From: Candidatus Nitrosopelagicus brevis
Lineage (GTDB): Archaea > Thermoproteota > Nitrososphaeria > Nitrososphaerales > Nitrosopumilaceae
Direction: 5' to 3'
Assembly: GCF_000812185.1 (NCBI RefSeq)
Contig: NZ_CP007026.1
Span: forward strand, 525,222-557,221
DNA length: 32,000 nt
Shown here: one piece after another, positions 15,214 through 22,555 of the stretch
Layout: the number at the start of each line of letters is the position of its first letter
Position numbering within the stretch: the stretch's first letter is position 1
The notes under the pieces: generated by a model
What the model was told of the DNA's origin: nothing
Databases searched by the model: none
Seen by the model: only the letters and a program-made list of their open reading frames with translations
Made by a program: the position numbers and the translations under genes

Positions 15214-15608
15214 TCTTTAAAACAAAAAAACTGGAACGCAGTCTTGTTTTTCTTAATGACACCCGTGATGGAATTGTTTCATACTGTAAAATTAACCATC
15301 CTGACGAAATGATCTTAATTCTAAAGGGTCATTCAAAAAAAGGCAAAATGTTTGTTGAAGGCTTAGTGGTTCCACCTTTTCAGGAAGCTGCCCCTACATT
15401 TGCAGGATTTCCTGCAAATCAACTTCCGTTTGATTCTGATTATATTGGAATGGTTCACTCTCATCCCGCGGGAACTGCAGAACCATCATCTGAGGATTTA
15501 CATAATTTTTTTGGATTAGTTTCCGTAATTGTAAAAGCCCCTTATGAAGATGAAGACATTTTTGCATGGGATAGCTCTGGAAATCCAATTCCAATACTTG
15601 ATGAATAA
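15210..15608 (+). CDS. Stand-alone JAMM/MPN+ metalloprotease (Mov34/JAB domain)
   Basis: 132 aa. Upstream Glu (HPDEMILIL) plus HSHPAGTAEPSSEDL, which is the H-x-H-x7-S-x2-D JAMM zinc motif. Confidence 0.85.
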   Translation: MIFKTKKLERSLVFLNDTRDGIVSYCKINHPDEMILILKGHSKKGKMFVEGLVVPPFQEAAPTFAGFPANQLPFDSDYIGMVHSHPAGTAEPSSEDLHNFFGLVSVIVKAPYEDEDIFAWDSSGNPIPILDE

Positions 15609-15632
15609 TTAATTGCTAATTACTCAATAAGC

Positions 15633-15640
15633 CTTATATT
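15633..15640 (+). promoter_or_regulatory. TATA-like box CTTATATT, about 31 nt upstream of ATG 15665
   Basis: Position and sequence. Confidence 0.5.
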
Positions 15641-15664
15641 TGAAATTGGGATAAATTTCTTATC

Positions 15665-15997
15665 ATGATTAACTACAAATCATATTTGATTTTCTTATTT
15701 GCTTCTCTTGCTGTAAGTATTGGATTACAAATGATTCTACCATTCCCATATGGACTGGGTGCAGCACTAGCTCTATTCATCGCATTTCCATTGTTATTAC
15801 GTAGACGAATGATGAGTCGAATGCGTGGTGGTTTTGGCGGAGGCGGTTCTGGTTCTTCTGGTGGTTTTGGCGGAGGTTTATTTGGTCAAAATAGCGATAA
15901 ACCTGGAATAAAGTATGAATGCCTAGTATGTCACAAAGTTTACAATGCTAGAGAATGTCCACGTTGTGGCTCCACTATGAAACGTGCAATATTTTAG
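15665..15997 (+). CDS. Membrane protein with Gly-rich linker and C-terminal zinc ribbon
   Basis: Two N-terminal hydrophobic helices, then GGFGGGGSGSSGGFGGGLFG, then CLVCHKVYNARECPRCG (CxxC-x8-CxxC). Confidence 0.7.
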   Translation: MINYKSYLIFLFASLAVSIGLQMILPFPYGLGAALALFIAFPLLLRRRMMSRMRGGFGGGGSGSSGGFGGGLFGQNSDKPGIKYECLVCHKVYNARECPRCGSTMKRAIF

Positions 15998-16006
15998 GAT
16001 TTTAAA

Positions 16007-16342
16007 ATGTCTCAAACCGAACTTGCCTTAGATGTTATTAGAAAAAAAGTTTTTTTCCATAACTCTGTCGACGTCTGGATTTCTGCTTGTGAGGAAAAAA
16101 ATATTGAATGGAATAATACCGAAAGTTACAAAAAATTTATTTCGTATTTGTTAAAGAATAATCTACAACTCAAAGCATTCAACTTGTGTGCTCATGAAGC
16201 TGGTGCAGTTGAAGAAGAAAAAACAAAATTTACTGAATTATTAGCTGAAGAGAAAAATTCAAATCCAAACGCTGCAACTTATACGATTAAATTAAATGAT
16301 TCATCAATTGCTCTAATTCGAAAGTTTAGTCTTACTGAATAA
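16007..16342 (+). CDS. Hypothetical protein (111 aa)
   Basis: ORF lies 9 nt after the previous stop, with protein-like composition. No motif recognised. Confidence 0.55.
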   Translation: MSQTELALDVIRKKVFFHNSVDVWISACEEKNIEWNNTESYKKFISYLLKNNLQLKAFNLCAHEAGAVEEEKTKFTELLAEEKNSNPNAATYTIKLNDSSIALIRKFSLTE

Positions 16343-16343
16343 T

Positions 16344-17705
16344 CTAACGTTTCAATTTTGGATTAACAATTGCATCTAATGCATTTCCAATAAACACAAA
16401 CGCTAATCCTGTAATTGCTATTAAAATTCCTGGAGGAACAATCCACCACCAAAATCCTTGTGCTGCTGCTCCGTAAGTATTTGCATCATGTAAAATCTGT
16501 CCCCATGTTGGAAATGAAGGGTCTCCTAATCCGAGAAAACTTAATCCTGCTTCTGTAGTGATTGCTGCTGGCACTGAGATAGCAATACTTGCAAATGCGT
16601 ATGGTAGTAATTGAGGTAGAATATGCCTAAAAATTATTTTTGAATCTTTTTGACCCATTATTTTTGCCGCTTCGATATATTGTCTAGTTTTGATCTGTAG
16701 TGACATACTTCGTGAAACTTTTGCAATACCAACCCAGCTAAAAATCATAAGAAAACCTATCATCAAAAATATACTATTACTAATGGTGACTGCTAGAATT
16801 ATTAAAAATGGCAATGCAGGTAGTGCATAAATGACATCATTGAATCGCATCATCACCTCGTCTGTTTTCTTACCTCGGTATCCAGAATAAACCCCATAAA
16901 CTAATCCTACTACAACTGAGCCAATTGACACTGAAATTCCAATGAATAATGCTAAAGGTGTGCCCCAAAGTAACCCAATTGCTAAATCTCTACGAAGTTC
17001 ATCTGTACCCATCAGTCCATAAGCTTTACCTCCTAGGATCAATTTTGAATCTAACACCTCGATTGGTTCTTTTGTCCCATACGTATCAATAACAAAAATG
17101 TAATTTCCTTTTTGTATTTCATTTTTATTTAATTCTGAAAATATTATTTCTGTTGTACCTGATAAAAAGTCAAATTGAAAATCATTTTTGTACATGTTAA
17201 GATTTTTTTTAATCATGCTGTCTGTTGAAAAATATCTCTGATTGTGAATTGTATCTGAATTTGAATACGGTAATGACGTAGATAATAATTCTAAGATAAT
17301 TCCATCTGGACGAATGACTTTGATTTGAACTAAGTGTGAATCTGAATATTTCGTCTTCATTTCTATGATGAAATCACTTGGAAAATCATCATAGTCAAAG
17401 AATACTCCAAATTGTTGCGAAGTAAGAAAAATTCCGTTATCTTGTGATTGAAAAATCTCCGGCTCTAAGATTTTATGTTCTGGAATCTTATCTGTGGATA
17501 AAAAATTCACCCAGCTTGGCACTGATGTTTTTGGGTATAAAATCCATTTTTCAGGATTGTTCCATTCTTGAAATGTTGATGCTGGAATCACTGAGATGGT
17601 TATTATTGAAACTAAAATTAATCCTGATAGAATAAAAATTCCTGTTAAGCCCAATTTGCTTTTTAGAAATTCCGCTTTAATTTCTTGTGTCGAAACGCTA
17701 CTCAA
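16344..17705 (-). CDS. ABC peptide/nickel-type transporter permease (DppC/OppC-like) with a long N-terminal extracytoplasmic insert
   Basis: C-terminal half has the binding-protein-dependent permease pattern (AAKIMGQKDSKIIFRHILPQLLP ... NALDAIVNPKLK). 4-nt overlap with the upstream permease gene. Confidence 0.85.
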   Translation of the reverse strand: MSSVSTQEIKAEFLKSKLGLTGIFILSGLILVSIITISVIPASTFQEWNNPEKWILYPKTSVPSWVNFLSTDKIPEHKILEPEIFQSQDNGIFLTSQQFGVFFDYDDFPSDFIIEMKTKYSDSHLVQIKVIRPDGIILELLSTSLPYSNSDTIHNQRYFSTDSMIKKNLNMYKNDFQFDFLSGTTEIIFSELNKNEIQKGNYIFVIDTYGTKEPIEVLDSKLILGGKAYGLMGTDELRRDLAIGLLWGTPLALFIGISVSIGSVVVGLVYGVYSGYRGKKTDEVMMRFNDVIYALPALPFLIILAVTISNSIFLMIGFLMIFSWVGIAKVSRSMSLQIKTRQYIEAAKIMGQKDSKIIFRHILPQLLPYAFASIAISVPAAITTEAGLSFLGLGDPSFPTWGQILHDANTYGAAAQGFWWWIVPPGILIAITGLAFVFIGNALDAIVNPKLKR

Positions 17706-18757
17706 CTTGATGTCCTCACCCGTGGATCAAAATATCCATACAATAAATCTGCGATAAATATGCTAACCAAAAATAATACCGTCAAAATGTATGTTGAACC
17801 AATGATTACAGGCAAATCCATCACACTGATGGCCTCAAAATACAACCTTCCCATTCCTGGCCAATCAAACACAGCTTCTGTAATTATCGCACCTCCTAAC
17901 GAACCTGATAAACTAAGTGCAAGTATGGTTACAATTGGTGGTGCAGCATTTCTCAATGCATGACTGTAAACTATTTTTTTTCTACTAATCCCGATGGTTT
18001 TTTTTGCAGATATGAAATCTTCTTGCATAATCCCTACCATGAAATTTCTAACAAGGTATGCCCATGCTCCAAATCCAATTAAAACAATTGTTATCACTGG
18101 TAATGCCATGTGATACAATAATGCCAGAATATACCCTGGGTCATCTGGCTCTATACTTGGTGTAGCTCTTGCAGGAAAAATCTGGTAGACAAATGCAAAT
18201 ACAAATATCATCAACATACCAATCCACCAAACTGGAAAACTACTACTAATTACTGCAAATGTAGAAGTAATTCTGTCAGTTTTAGAACCAATTTTGTTAC
18301 TTGACGCCGCACCCAAAACAATTCCTATAATTGATATGATTATTGTGGCTGTAGTAAACAACAAAATTGTTTTTGGCATTTTTTCAAAAATAATTTCGCC
18401 TACATTTGATGATCCTGAATCACTTGTTAGGAATGTTGCATTACCAAAATCTAAAATCAAAATTTTATACATTGTATACCCAAGTCTTTGTGGAGAATAC
18501 CATGGCGTATCAAGACCTAATGTTTCAATCCGTTCATCAATTTTTTGTTGGACAAACTTTTCAAATTCTTCAGGATTGTTGAATCCTTGTGCTATGGTTG
18601 TATTTTCTGTAATCTCAGCTCTTACCTGATAGATGACTCCCTGTTTTAGAATTGTGTCCATATTTGAGCCAACAAGAGAAATTGTAAGCAATAGTGTTAT
18701 CATTAAAACTCCAAACATAGTAAGTCCTCTTGTGACCAAATACCGTTTCAAGCCCAT
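17702..18757 (-). CDS. ABC peptide/nickel-type transporter permease (DppB/OppB-like)
   Basis: N-terminus LKRYLVTRGLTMFGVLMITLL, then the permease core (ISAKKTIGISRKKIVYSHALRNAAPPIVT) and C-terminal YGYFDPRVR. The ORF track starts at 18808. ATG 18757 (MGLKRY) has ATTATAAA exactly 29 nt upstream, so it is preferred. Confidence 0.85.
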   Translation of the reverse strand: MGLKRYLVTRGLTMFGVLMITLLLTISLVGSNMDTILKQGVIYQVRAEITENTTIAQGFNNPEEFEKFVQQKIDERIETLGLDTPWYSPQRLGYTMYKILILDFGNATFLTSDSGSSNVGEIIFEKMPKTILLFTTATIIISIIGIVLGAASSNKIGSKTDRITSTFAVISSSFPVWWIGMLMIFVFAFVYQIFPARATPSIEPDDPGYILALLYHMALPVITIVLIGFGAWAYLVRNFMVGIMQEDFISAKKTIGISRKKIVYSHALRNAAPPIVTILALSLSGSLGGAIITEAVFDWPGMGRLYFEAISVMDLPVIIGSTYILTVLFLVSIFIADLLYGYFDPRVRTSS

Positions 18758-18778
18758 ACACGAATTATCATTATTTAC

Positions 18779-18786
18779 TTTATAAT
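18779..18786 (-). promoter_or_regulatory. TATA box (ATTATAAA on minus strand), 29 nt upstream of ATG 18757
   Basis: Position and sequence. It lies inside the longer alternative ORF. Confidence 0.5.
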
Positions 18787-18820
18787 AGATCTGAGATTTT
18801 TGGTACATTTGCCAAATAAC

Positions 18821-18828
18821 TTAAAAAC
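18821..18828 (+). promoter_or_regulatory. TATA-like box TTAAAAAC, 28 nt upstream of ATG 18849
   Basis: Position. The match is weaker than for the other boxes. Confidence 0.35.
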
Positions 18829-18848
18829 CCAATTCTGTCGTCTAACAC

Positions 18849-20165
18849 ATGCAAGAATTTGCAAATCCTCCTTCACTAAGAAATGCAATATTTGACCTAC
18901 TTTCTTCTGTCGAACTTGCAACTGATGAAAATGTAAAATTATTAGATTACACAATACAGTTATTCAAAAGCAATGGATTGTTCAGTGATTATTATGGATA
19001 CCATAATGTTGATCATGAACTTGAAGTCACTTACGTCACTTTGGTTGCTGGAAAACATTCTCTTGAAGAAAATTATATCTCTAAAACTGATTTGAATTAT
19101 CTTTTTGCATCTGCACTTTTGCATGATTTTGATCCTGATAAATCGATAGACAAACCTCATGAAAAAAATGTCATACAGTTTATCTCCAAAGATGCAACCA
19201 TACAAAAACTCCTTGCTGATGCAAACCTGGATCAAAATCTAATCTGTGCAATAATATCTAGAACCGTCTATCCTTGGGCTGGAGATATAATCACTAACAC
19301 AGAAAAATTAATCCAAAATTACTTTTCAAACTCTGAAATAAAAGATGATAATGAAACACAAAAACACTTTAGAGAACTTGGACATTTTCTATCCATTTCT
19401 GACCGAATTGGTGGTTATTCTCTAGGTGATTTCCAAAAGGCAATGGAGATGGCAAAGATGAATGCACATTCATCAAGTTGGCATCCTGCCTTTATTGTCA
19501 GGCGTTCGGTTGTCTTTTTTGAAGATATGCTAAATAATGAACCTGATATGTGTCAACGAGTTTTAAACGGACTTCCAAAACATATGAGGAAAAATTTCTT
19601 AGATAACATCGTTGGATTTATGAAACTTCGTCAAGAAGAAATTCAAATTTACAATCAATTTGTTTATGATGGTCTGCCATTAGTTCCATGCATACAGAAA
19701 AGTACACTTTCTGACGATGTTTTGGATGAACTTTTATCAATTTATCGGGAATTACCAAAACCACTGCAATTTACCCGTGATGATTTCATTGAATCAATAC
19801 GTGATCCTGAAACAATTCTTAACATGCTTCGTATTGGAGATTCTAACGGACAAATTATTGGATTTGCAAAAGGTGGTCCATTAGAAAAATATAATTTTGA
19901 TCTAGAGTTTGAAGATCGAAATCGCGGGAAAAATAATACCGTCTTTCTTGAGCCTGTCGCAATAAAAAACGGCTATTGGGGTTTTCATGGAGGCAGAGAG
20001 TTAAGACAGTTATTCATGATGCAGGTGCAATCAAAAGGTTACAAATTCATGACTAGTTTTGCAATGCGTGATGTGATTGATGAAAGAAAAGAAAATGACA
20101 AAAATGTTGTTTTTGTGAAAAAGTTTAATCCTGAACGATGGGATTATTTCAGAGTAACTCTATAG
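18849..20165 (+). CDS. HD-domain phosphohydrolase-like N-terminal region fused to a GNAT-like C-terminal domain
   Basis: YHNVDHELEV ... ASALLHDFDPDK gives the H...HD...D metal motif. The C-terminal ~150 aa show a GNAT-like strand/helix pattern: IIGFAKGG ... VFLEPVAIKNGYWGFHGGRELRQLFMMQVQSKGYKFM. Confidence 0.6.
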   Translation: MQEFANPPSLRNAIFDLLSSVELATDENVKLLDYTIQLFKSNGLFSDYYGYHNVDHELEVTYVTLVAGKHSLEENYISKTDLNYLFASALLHDFDPDKSIDKPHEKNVIQFISKDATIQKLLADANLDQNLICAIISRTVYPWAGDIITNTEKLIQNYFSNSEIKDDNETQKHFRELGHFLSISDRIGGYSLGDFQKAMEMAKMNAHSSSWHPAFIVRRSVVFFEDMLNNEPDMCQRVLNGLPKHMRKNFLDNIVGFMKLRQEEIQIYNQFVYDGLPLVPCIQKSTLSDDVLDELLSIYRELPKPLQFTRDDFIESIRDPETILNMLRIGDSNGQIIGFAKGGPLEKYNFDLEFEDRNRGKNNTVFLEPVAIKNGYWGFHGGRELRQLFMMQVQSKGYKFMTSFAMRDVIDERKENDKNVVFVKKFNPERWDYFRVTL

Positions 20166-20172
20166 ATGTCTA

Positions 20173-20400
20173 GTGAACGAACTAGAGACATTAATTCAAA
20201 ATGGTGTTAAAAATCTTGAAGATGGTAATTTTGAAGATGCTTTGAGCTTTTTTGAACAAGCATTACTTCTAAAACCTGACGATCCTGATTTATGGAATAA
20301 CAAGGGTATTGCATTAAGGAGTCTAGGTAGATACGATGAGGCATCTTACTGTTATAACAAATCTCTTGAATTGGACCCTAGGGATCGTGCTTCTTCTTAA
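20173..20400 (+). CDS. Small TPR-repeat protein (75 aa)
   Basis: GTG start 7 nt after the previous stop. Two TPR-like units (GNFEDALSFFEQALLLKPDDPDLWNNKGIALRSLGRYDEASYCYNKSLELDP). Confidence 0.65.
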   Translation: MNELETLIQNGVKNLEDGNFEDALSFFEQALLLKPDDPDLWNNKGIALRSLGRYDEASYCYNKSLELDPRDRASS

Positions 20401-20630
20401 ATCTGATTTTGTTTTTTCTTACCATAAATTATCATGATAAATCCAATTCCAATTACAACTAGAGATAATTTTTCTGCAGTTATGTCTGATGATATAAAAT
20501 ATCTTGCAACAAATTCCGGTCCCCAGATTACTAAATTTTGTAATGGTATTATTGCCCCGCTAATAAAAAACAATATGCCAAATGCCCCAAAAACATTTTT
20601 TGGAAAAAAAGAAGAAGATTTTTCAGTCAT
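20397..20630 (-). CDS. 77-aa two-TM membrane protein
   Basis: Helices VFGAFGILFFISGAIIPL and LSLVVIGIGFIMIIY with a KKKQ tail. Starts 6 nt after the stop of the 199-aa gene, so it is probably co-transcribed. Preferred over the overlapping plus-strand ORF 20434..20640, which has no structure. Confidence 0.55.
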   Translation of the reverse strand: MTEKSSSFFPKNVFGAFGILFFISGAIIPLQNLVIWGPEFVARYFISSDITAEKLSLVVIGIGFIMIIYGKKKQNQI

Positions 20631-20636
20631 TCTACA

Positions 20637-21236
20637 CTAATATCCGCCTTTTACAAACTCATATTCTTTTTTGTTAAAGTCGAATTGCGTTACGAGTACT
20701 TCGCCCATTGCATCAACTGCTGCCTGAACCACATCTGGTTGAGTTGAGAAGAATCCTCTGAATTTTCCAATTCCAAACTCTTCTGCTATTAAACCGATTG
20801 GTCCATCTGGACCACGTGTTACAACTGCCCATACTGAAGCAAGCGGTGTTCCAACACAGCTGATAACCACACAACTATCTGGCATCTCTTGAGCCAAGTG
20901 TGGATTATTGAAGTTTCCAATTACCCACGTTCTTGGGAGTTTCTTCATCAATTTCAGATATCTGTCCTTGACAAACTCGTACCTTTTGTCAGTCTCAAAT
21001 GACGCTAGTAATGGGGATGTGTGTTTTGATGCATAGTTCTCAATCATTATGCTTAGTGCAAAAAGATCTGAACGGTCTGCTTTGAAGTTTAGATATCCAC
21101 CGTCTTGAAAGTCCTGAAAGTTCCAGTTCACAAAAATTTCGTCGCCCTGTTCGGCAATTTCTTTTTTCTCTGGGAACTTTTCAAAGACTGTATCAATCAA
21201 ACTGTCGTTCGTTAAACCCATGTTTAACGTTAACAT
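20637..21236 (-). CDS. Unknown-function protein, possibly a DICT-like sensory domain
   Basis: 199 aa, or 194 aa if ATG 21221 is used; that start has TTAAATAT 28 nt upstream. The C-terminal pattern SVWAVVTRGPDGPIGLIAEEFGIGKFRGFFSTQPDVVQAAVDAM resembles my recollection of DICT (PF10069) C-termini. Sits immediately downstream of the B12-binding regulator gene. Confidence 0.75.
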   Translation of the reverse strand: MLTLNMGLTNDSLIDTVFEKFPEKKEIAEQGDEIFVNWNFQDFQDGGYLNFKADRSDLFALSIMIENYASKHTSPLLASFETDKRYEFVKDRYLKLMKKLPRTWVIGNFNNPHLAQEMPDSCVVISCVGTPLASVWAVVTRGPDGPIGLIAEEFGIGKFRGFFSTQPDVVQAAVDAMGEVLVTQFDFNKKEYEFVKGGY

Positions 21237-21251
21237 ATAGAATATTTAAGC

Positions 21252-21280
21252 TAGTGGAAACTAGGTATTATAGTGGTAAT
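21252..21280. promoter_or_regulatory. Two TAGTGG motifs (TAGTGGAAA at 21252, TAGTGGTAAT at 21271), 19 bp apart, upstream of the 199-aa gene
   Basis: Same motif family as the clusters at 22148-22243 and 25464-25554. Confidence 0.45.
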
Positions 21281-22131
21281 TATTTCTTTTTTATAATTCG
21301 AGGAATTTGTTCCAGGGCATGAGCATCAGTGATGAGTTTTCCATCAAATTTAAAATTCGTTTTCTCCGTAAATGCCAGACCTCCTATGAAAATTGGAAGT
21401 TTCTTATATGCTTCATGAATTTTTTTAACCATTCTTTGACCAGATCTGATATTGTCCTCTAACGTTATTGATACAATTAGAGCATCTGGTTTTGCAGTTT
21501 TTATAAATTCAATTAGTGATTCTGCAGGGGTTGATGGTGATAGATTAAATGTTGTAAATCCCTTTGAGACTAAAAATGAATCTAGTACGTTACAACCTAA
21601 ATTGTGATCCTCTCCAACTGGAGTGGTTAGTACAATTTTTCCTTTATCCTTCTTTGATTTTCTATTTTCATCTGCAATTACCTTAACAAGACTATGAGCA
21701 ATGTTGCTGGCAACGTGTTCTGTTGCAATTGATAGCTTACCTTCTGACCACAAATATCCAATTTCGGCCATAACTGGTGTCATAATTCTTTCATAGAACT
21801 GGTCTAGTGTATTGCTTGAGACAAATGCTGTGTAAATCTCCATTGTATCTTTTAGACTTCCTTCTGTAAGTGATGAAAATAATTTGGTTCTTAATTGCTC
21901 AATTAATTTTTCACGTTTTTCTCTGTCCTTTGGTGTATTTTGTAGTAAAAATGAGTTAATTTTTGCATCCTCTCTAAATTCTGCAGGGATATCATCTCTG
22001 GTCACAGATGTAGATTCACCTAGATATTTGATGGTTTCCTGTCTGGATGTCTTTCTTTCTTTATCCCACGTACTTTTTACTAAATATAGATAATCGACTC
22101 CTTTTACCTTCTTTTTTCGAAGATATACCAT
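21280..22131 (-). CDS. CarH-like adenosylcobalamin-binding (photoreceptor-type) regulator with a non-MerR N-terminal domain
   Basis: W128-x9-E138-H139 (YLWSEGKLSIATEHVAS). E174-D-H176-N-L-G179 (ExHxxG). G179-x41-S221-I-T223. T223-x26-G250-G251. The N-terminal 45 aa are basic and beta-rich (VYLRKKKVKGVDYLYLVKSTWDKERKTSRQETIKYLGE), with no HTH recognised. Confidence 0.8.
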   Translation of the reverse strand: MVYLRKKKVKGVDYLYLVKSTWDKERKTSRQETIKYLGESTSVTRDDIPAEFREDAKINSFLLQNTPKDREKREKLIEQLRTKLFSSLTEGSLKDTMEIYTAFVSSNTLDQFYERIMTPVMAEIGYLWSEGKLSIATEHVASNIAHSLVKVIADENRKSKKDKGKIVLTTPVGEDHNLGCNVLDSFLVSKGFTTFNLSPSTPAESLIEFIKTAKPDALIVSITLEDNIRSGQRMVKKIHEAYKKLPIFIGGLAFTEKTNFKFDGKLITDAHALEQIPRIIKKK

Positions 22132-22147
22132 TAGCCGTATTACTGAA

Positions 22148-22243
22148 TAGTGCCTAATAAGTATATCTAGTGCTAACTAGTACATTTCGTGCCTAAAAAC
22201 ACAAAAAATTCTGAATATTATGGATTTTAAAGATTACCACTAT
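22148..22243. promoter_or_regulatory. Cluster of four TAGTG[C/G](C)TAA motifs in the divergent intergenic region
   Basis: TAGTGCCTAA at 22148-22157, TAGTGCTAA at 22168-22176 and TCGTGCCTAA at 22187-22196 are direct repeats spaced 20 and 19 bp. ATAGTGGTAA lies on the minus strand at 22243-22234. The first two flank the AT-rich TATA candidate at 22155-22168. Confidence 0.5.
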
Positions 22244-22282
22244 GACGAAACTTAAAAGACACACTGTTACCGTTTGTACTAG

Positions 22283-22555
22283 TTGGCTCGCGAAAAAAGA
22301 ACAAGAATTCAATTGTATTTTGATATAATTTCAGCAATAATCCAAGAAGAAGATATCTCGCCAACACGAATTCAGTTCAAATGTAATACCTCCTATGATA
22401 AATTAATGAAATATCTGGAAGAAATGCAAAAACGTGAAATCATAGCAAGAAATGGCTCAATCGGTGTTACCGATAAAGGAAAAAAATTTCATACGGATTA
22501 TTCAAAAATTAACGATCTAATATCTGAAATTAGTAAAACGATTACGGAAGAGTAA
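22283..22555 (+). CDS. Small winged-helix DNA-binding protein (HTH_45-like)
   Basis: 90 aa. RIQLYFDIISAI...SPTRIQFKCNTSYDKLMKYLEEMQKREIIARNG...VTDKGKKF matches the small archaeal wHTH pattern. TTG 22283 is the first codon after an in-frame TAG, and the first in-frame ATG (codon 42) would remove the N-terminal RIQLYFDIISAI segment and truncate the domain. Confidence 0.65.
   Translation: MAREKRTRIQLYFDIISAIIQEEDISPTRIQFKCNTSYDKLMKYLEEMQKREIIARNGSIGVTDKGKKFHTDYSKINDLISEISKTITEE

Noticed and set aside
17444-18629. Plus-strand ORFs of 63, 92 and 111 aa over the ABC permease genes
   Set aside because: They are antisense to well-supported permease CDSs.
20434-20640. 68-aa plus-strand ORF overlapping the 77-aa minus-strand membrane ORF
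   Set aside because: It has no hydrophobic or motif structure and no TATA box at the expected distance. The minus-strand frame gives a clean two-TM protein and sits 6 nt behind the upstream gene. The choice is still uncertain.
21997-22131. The N-terminal segment of the B12-module protein resembles the N-terminus of IS1634-type transposases (Y..LV.S.r..gK.rQ....yLG)
   Set aside because: No DDE transposase domain, inverted repeats or target duplications are present. I treat it as a small nucleic-acid-binding-type module, not a mobile element.
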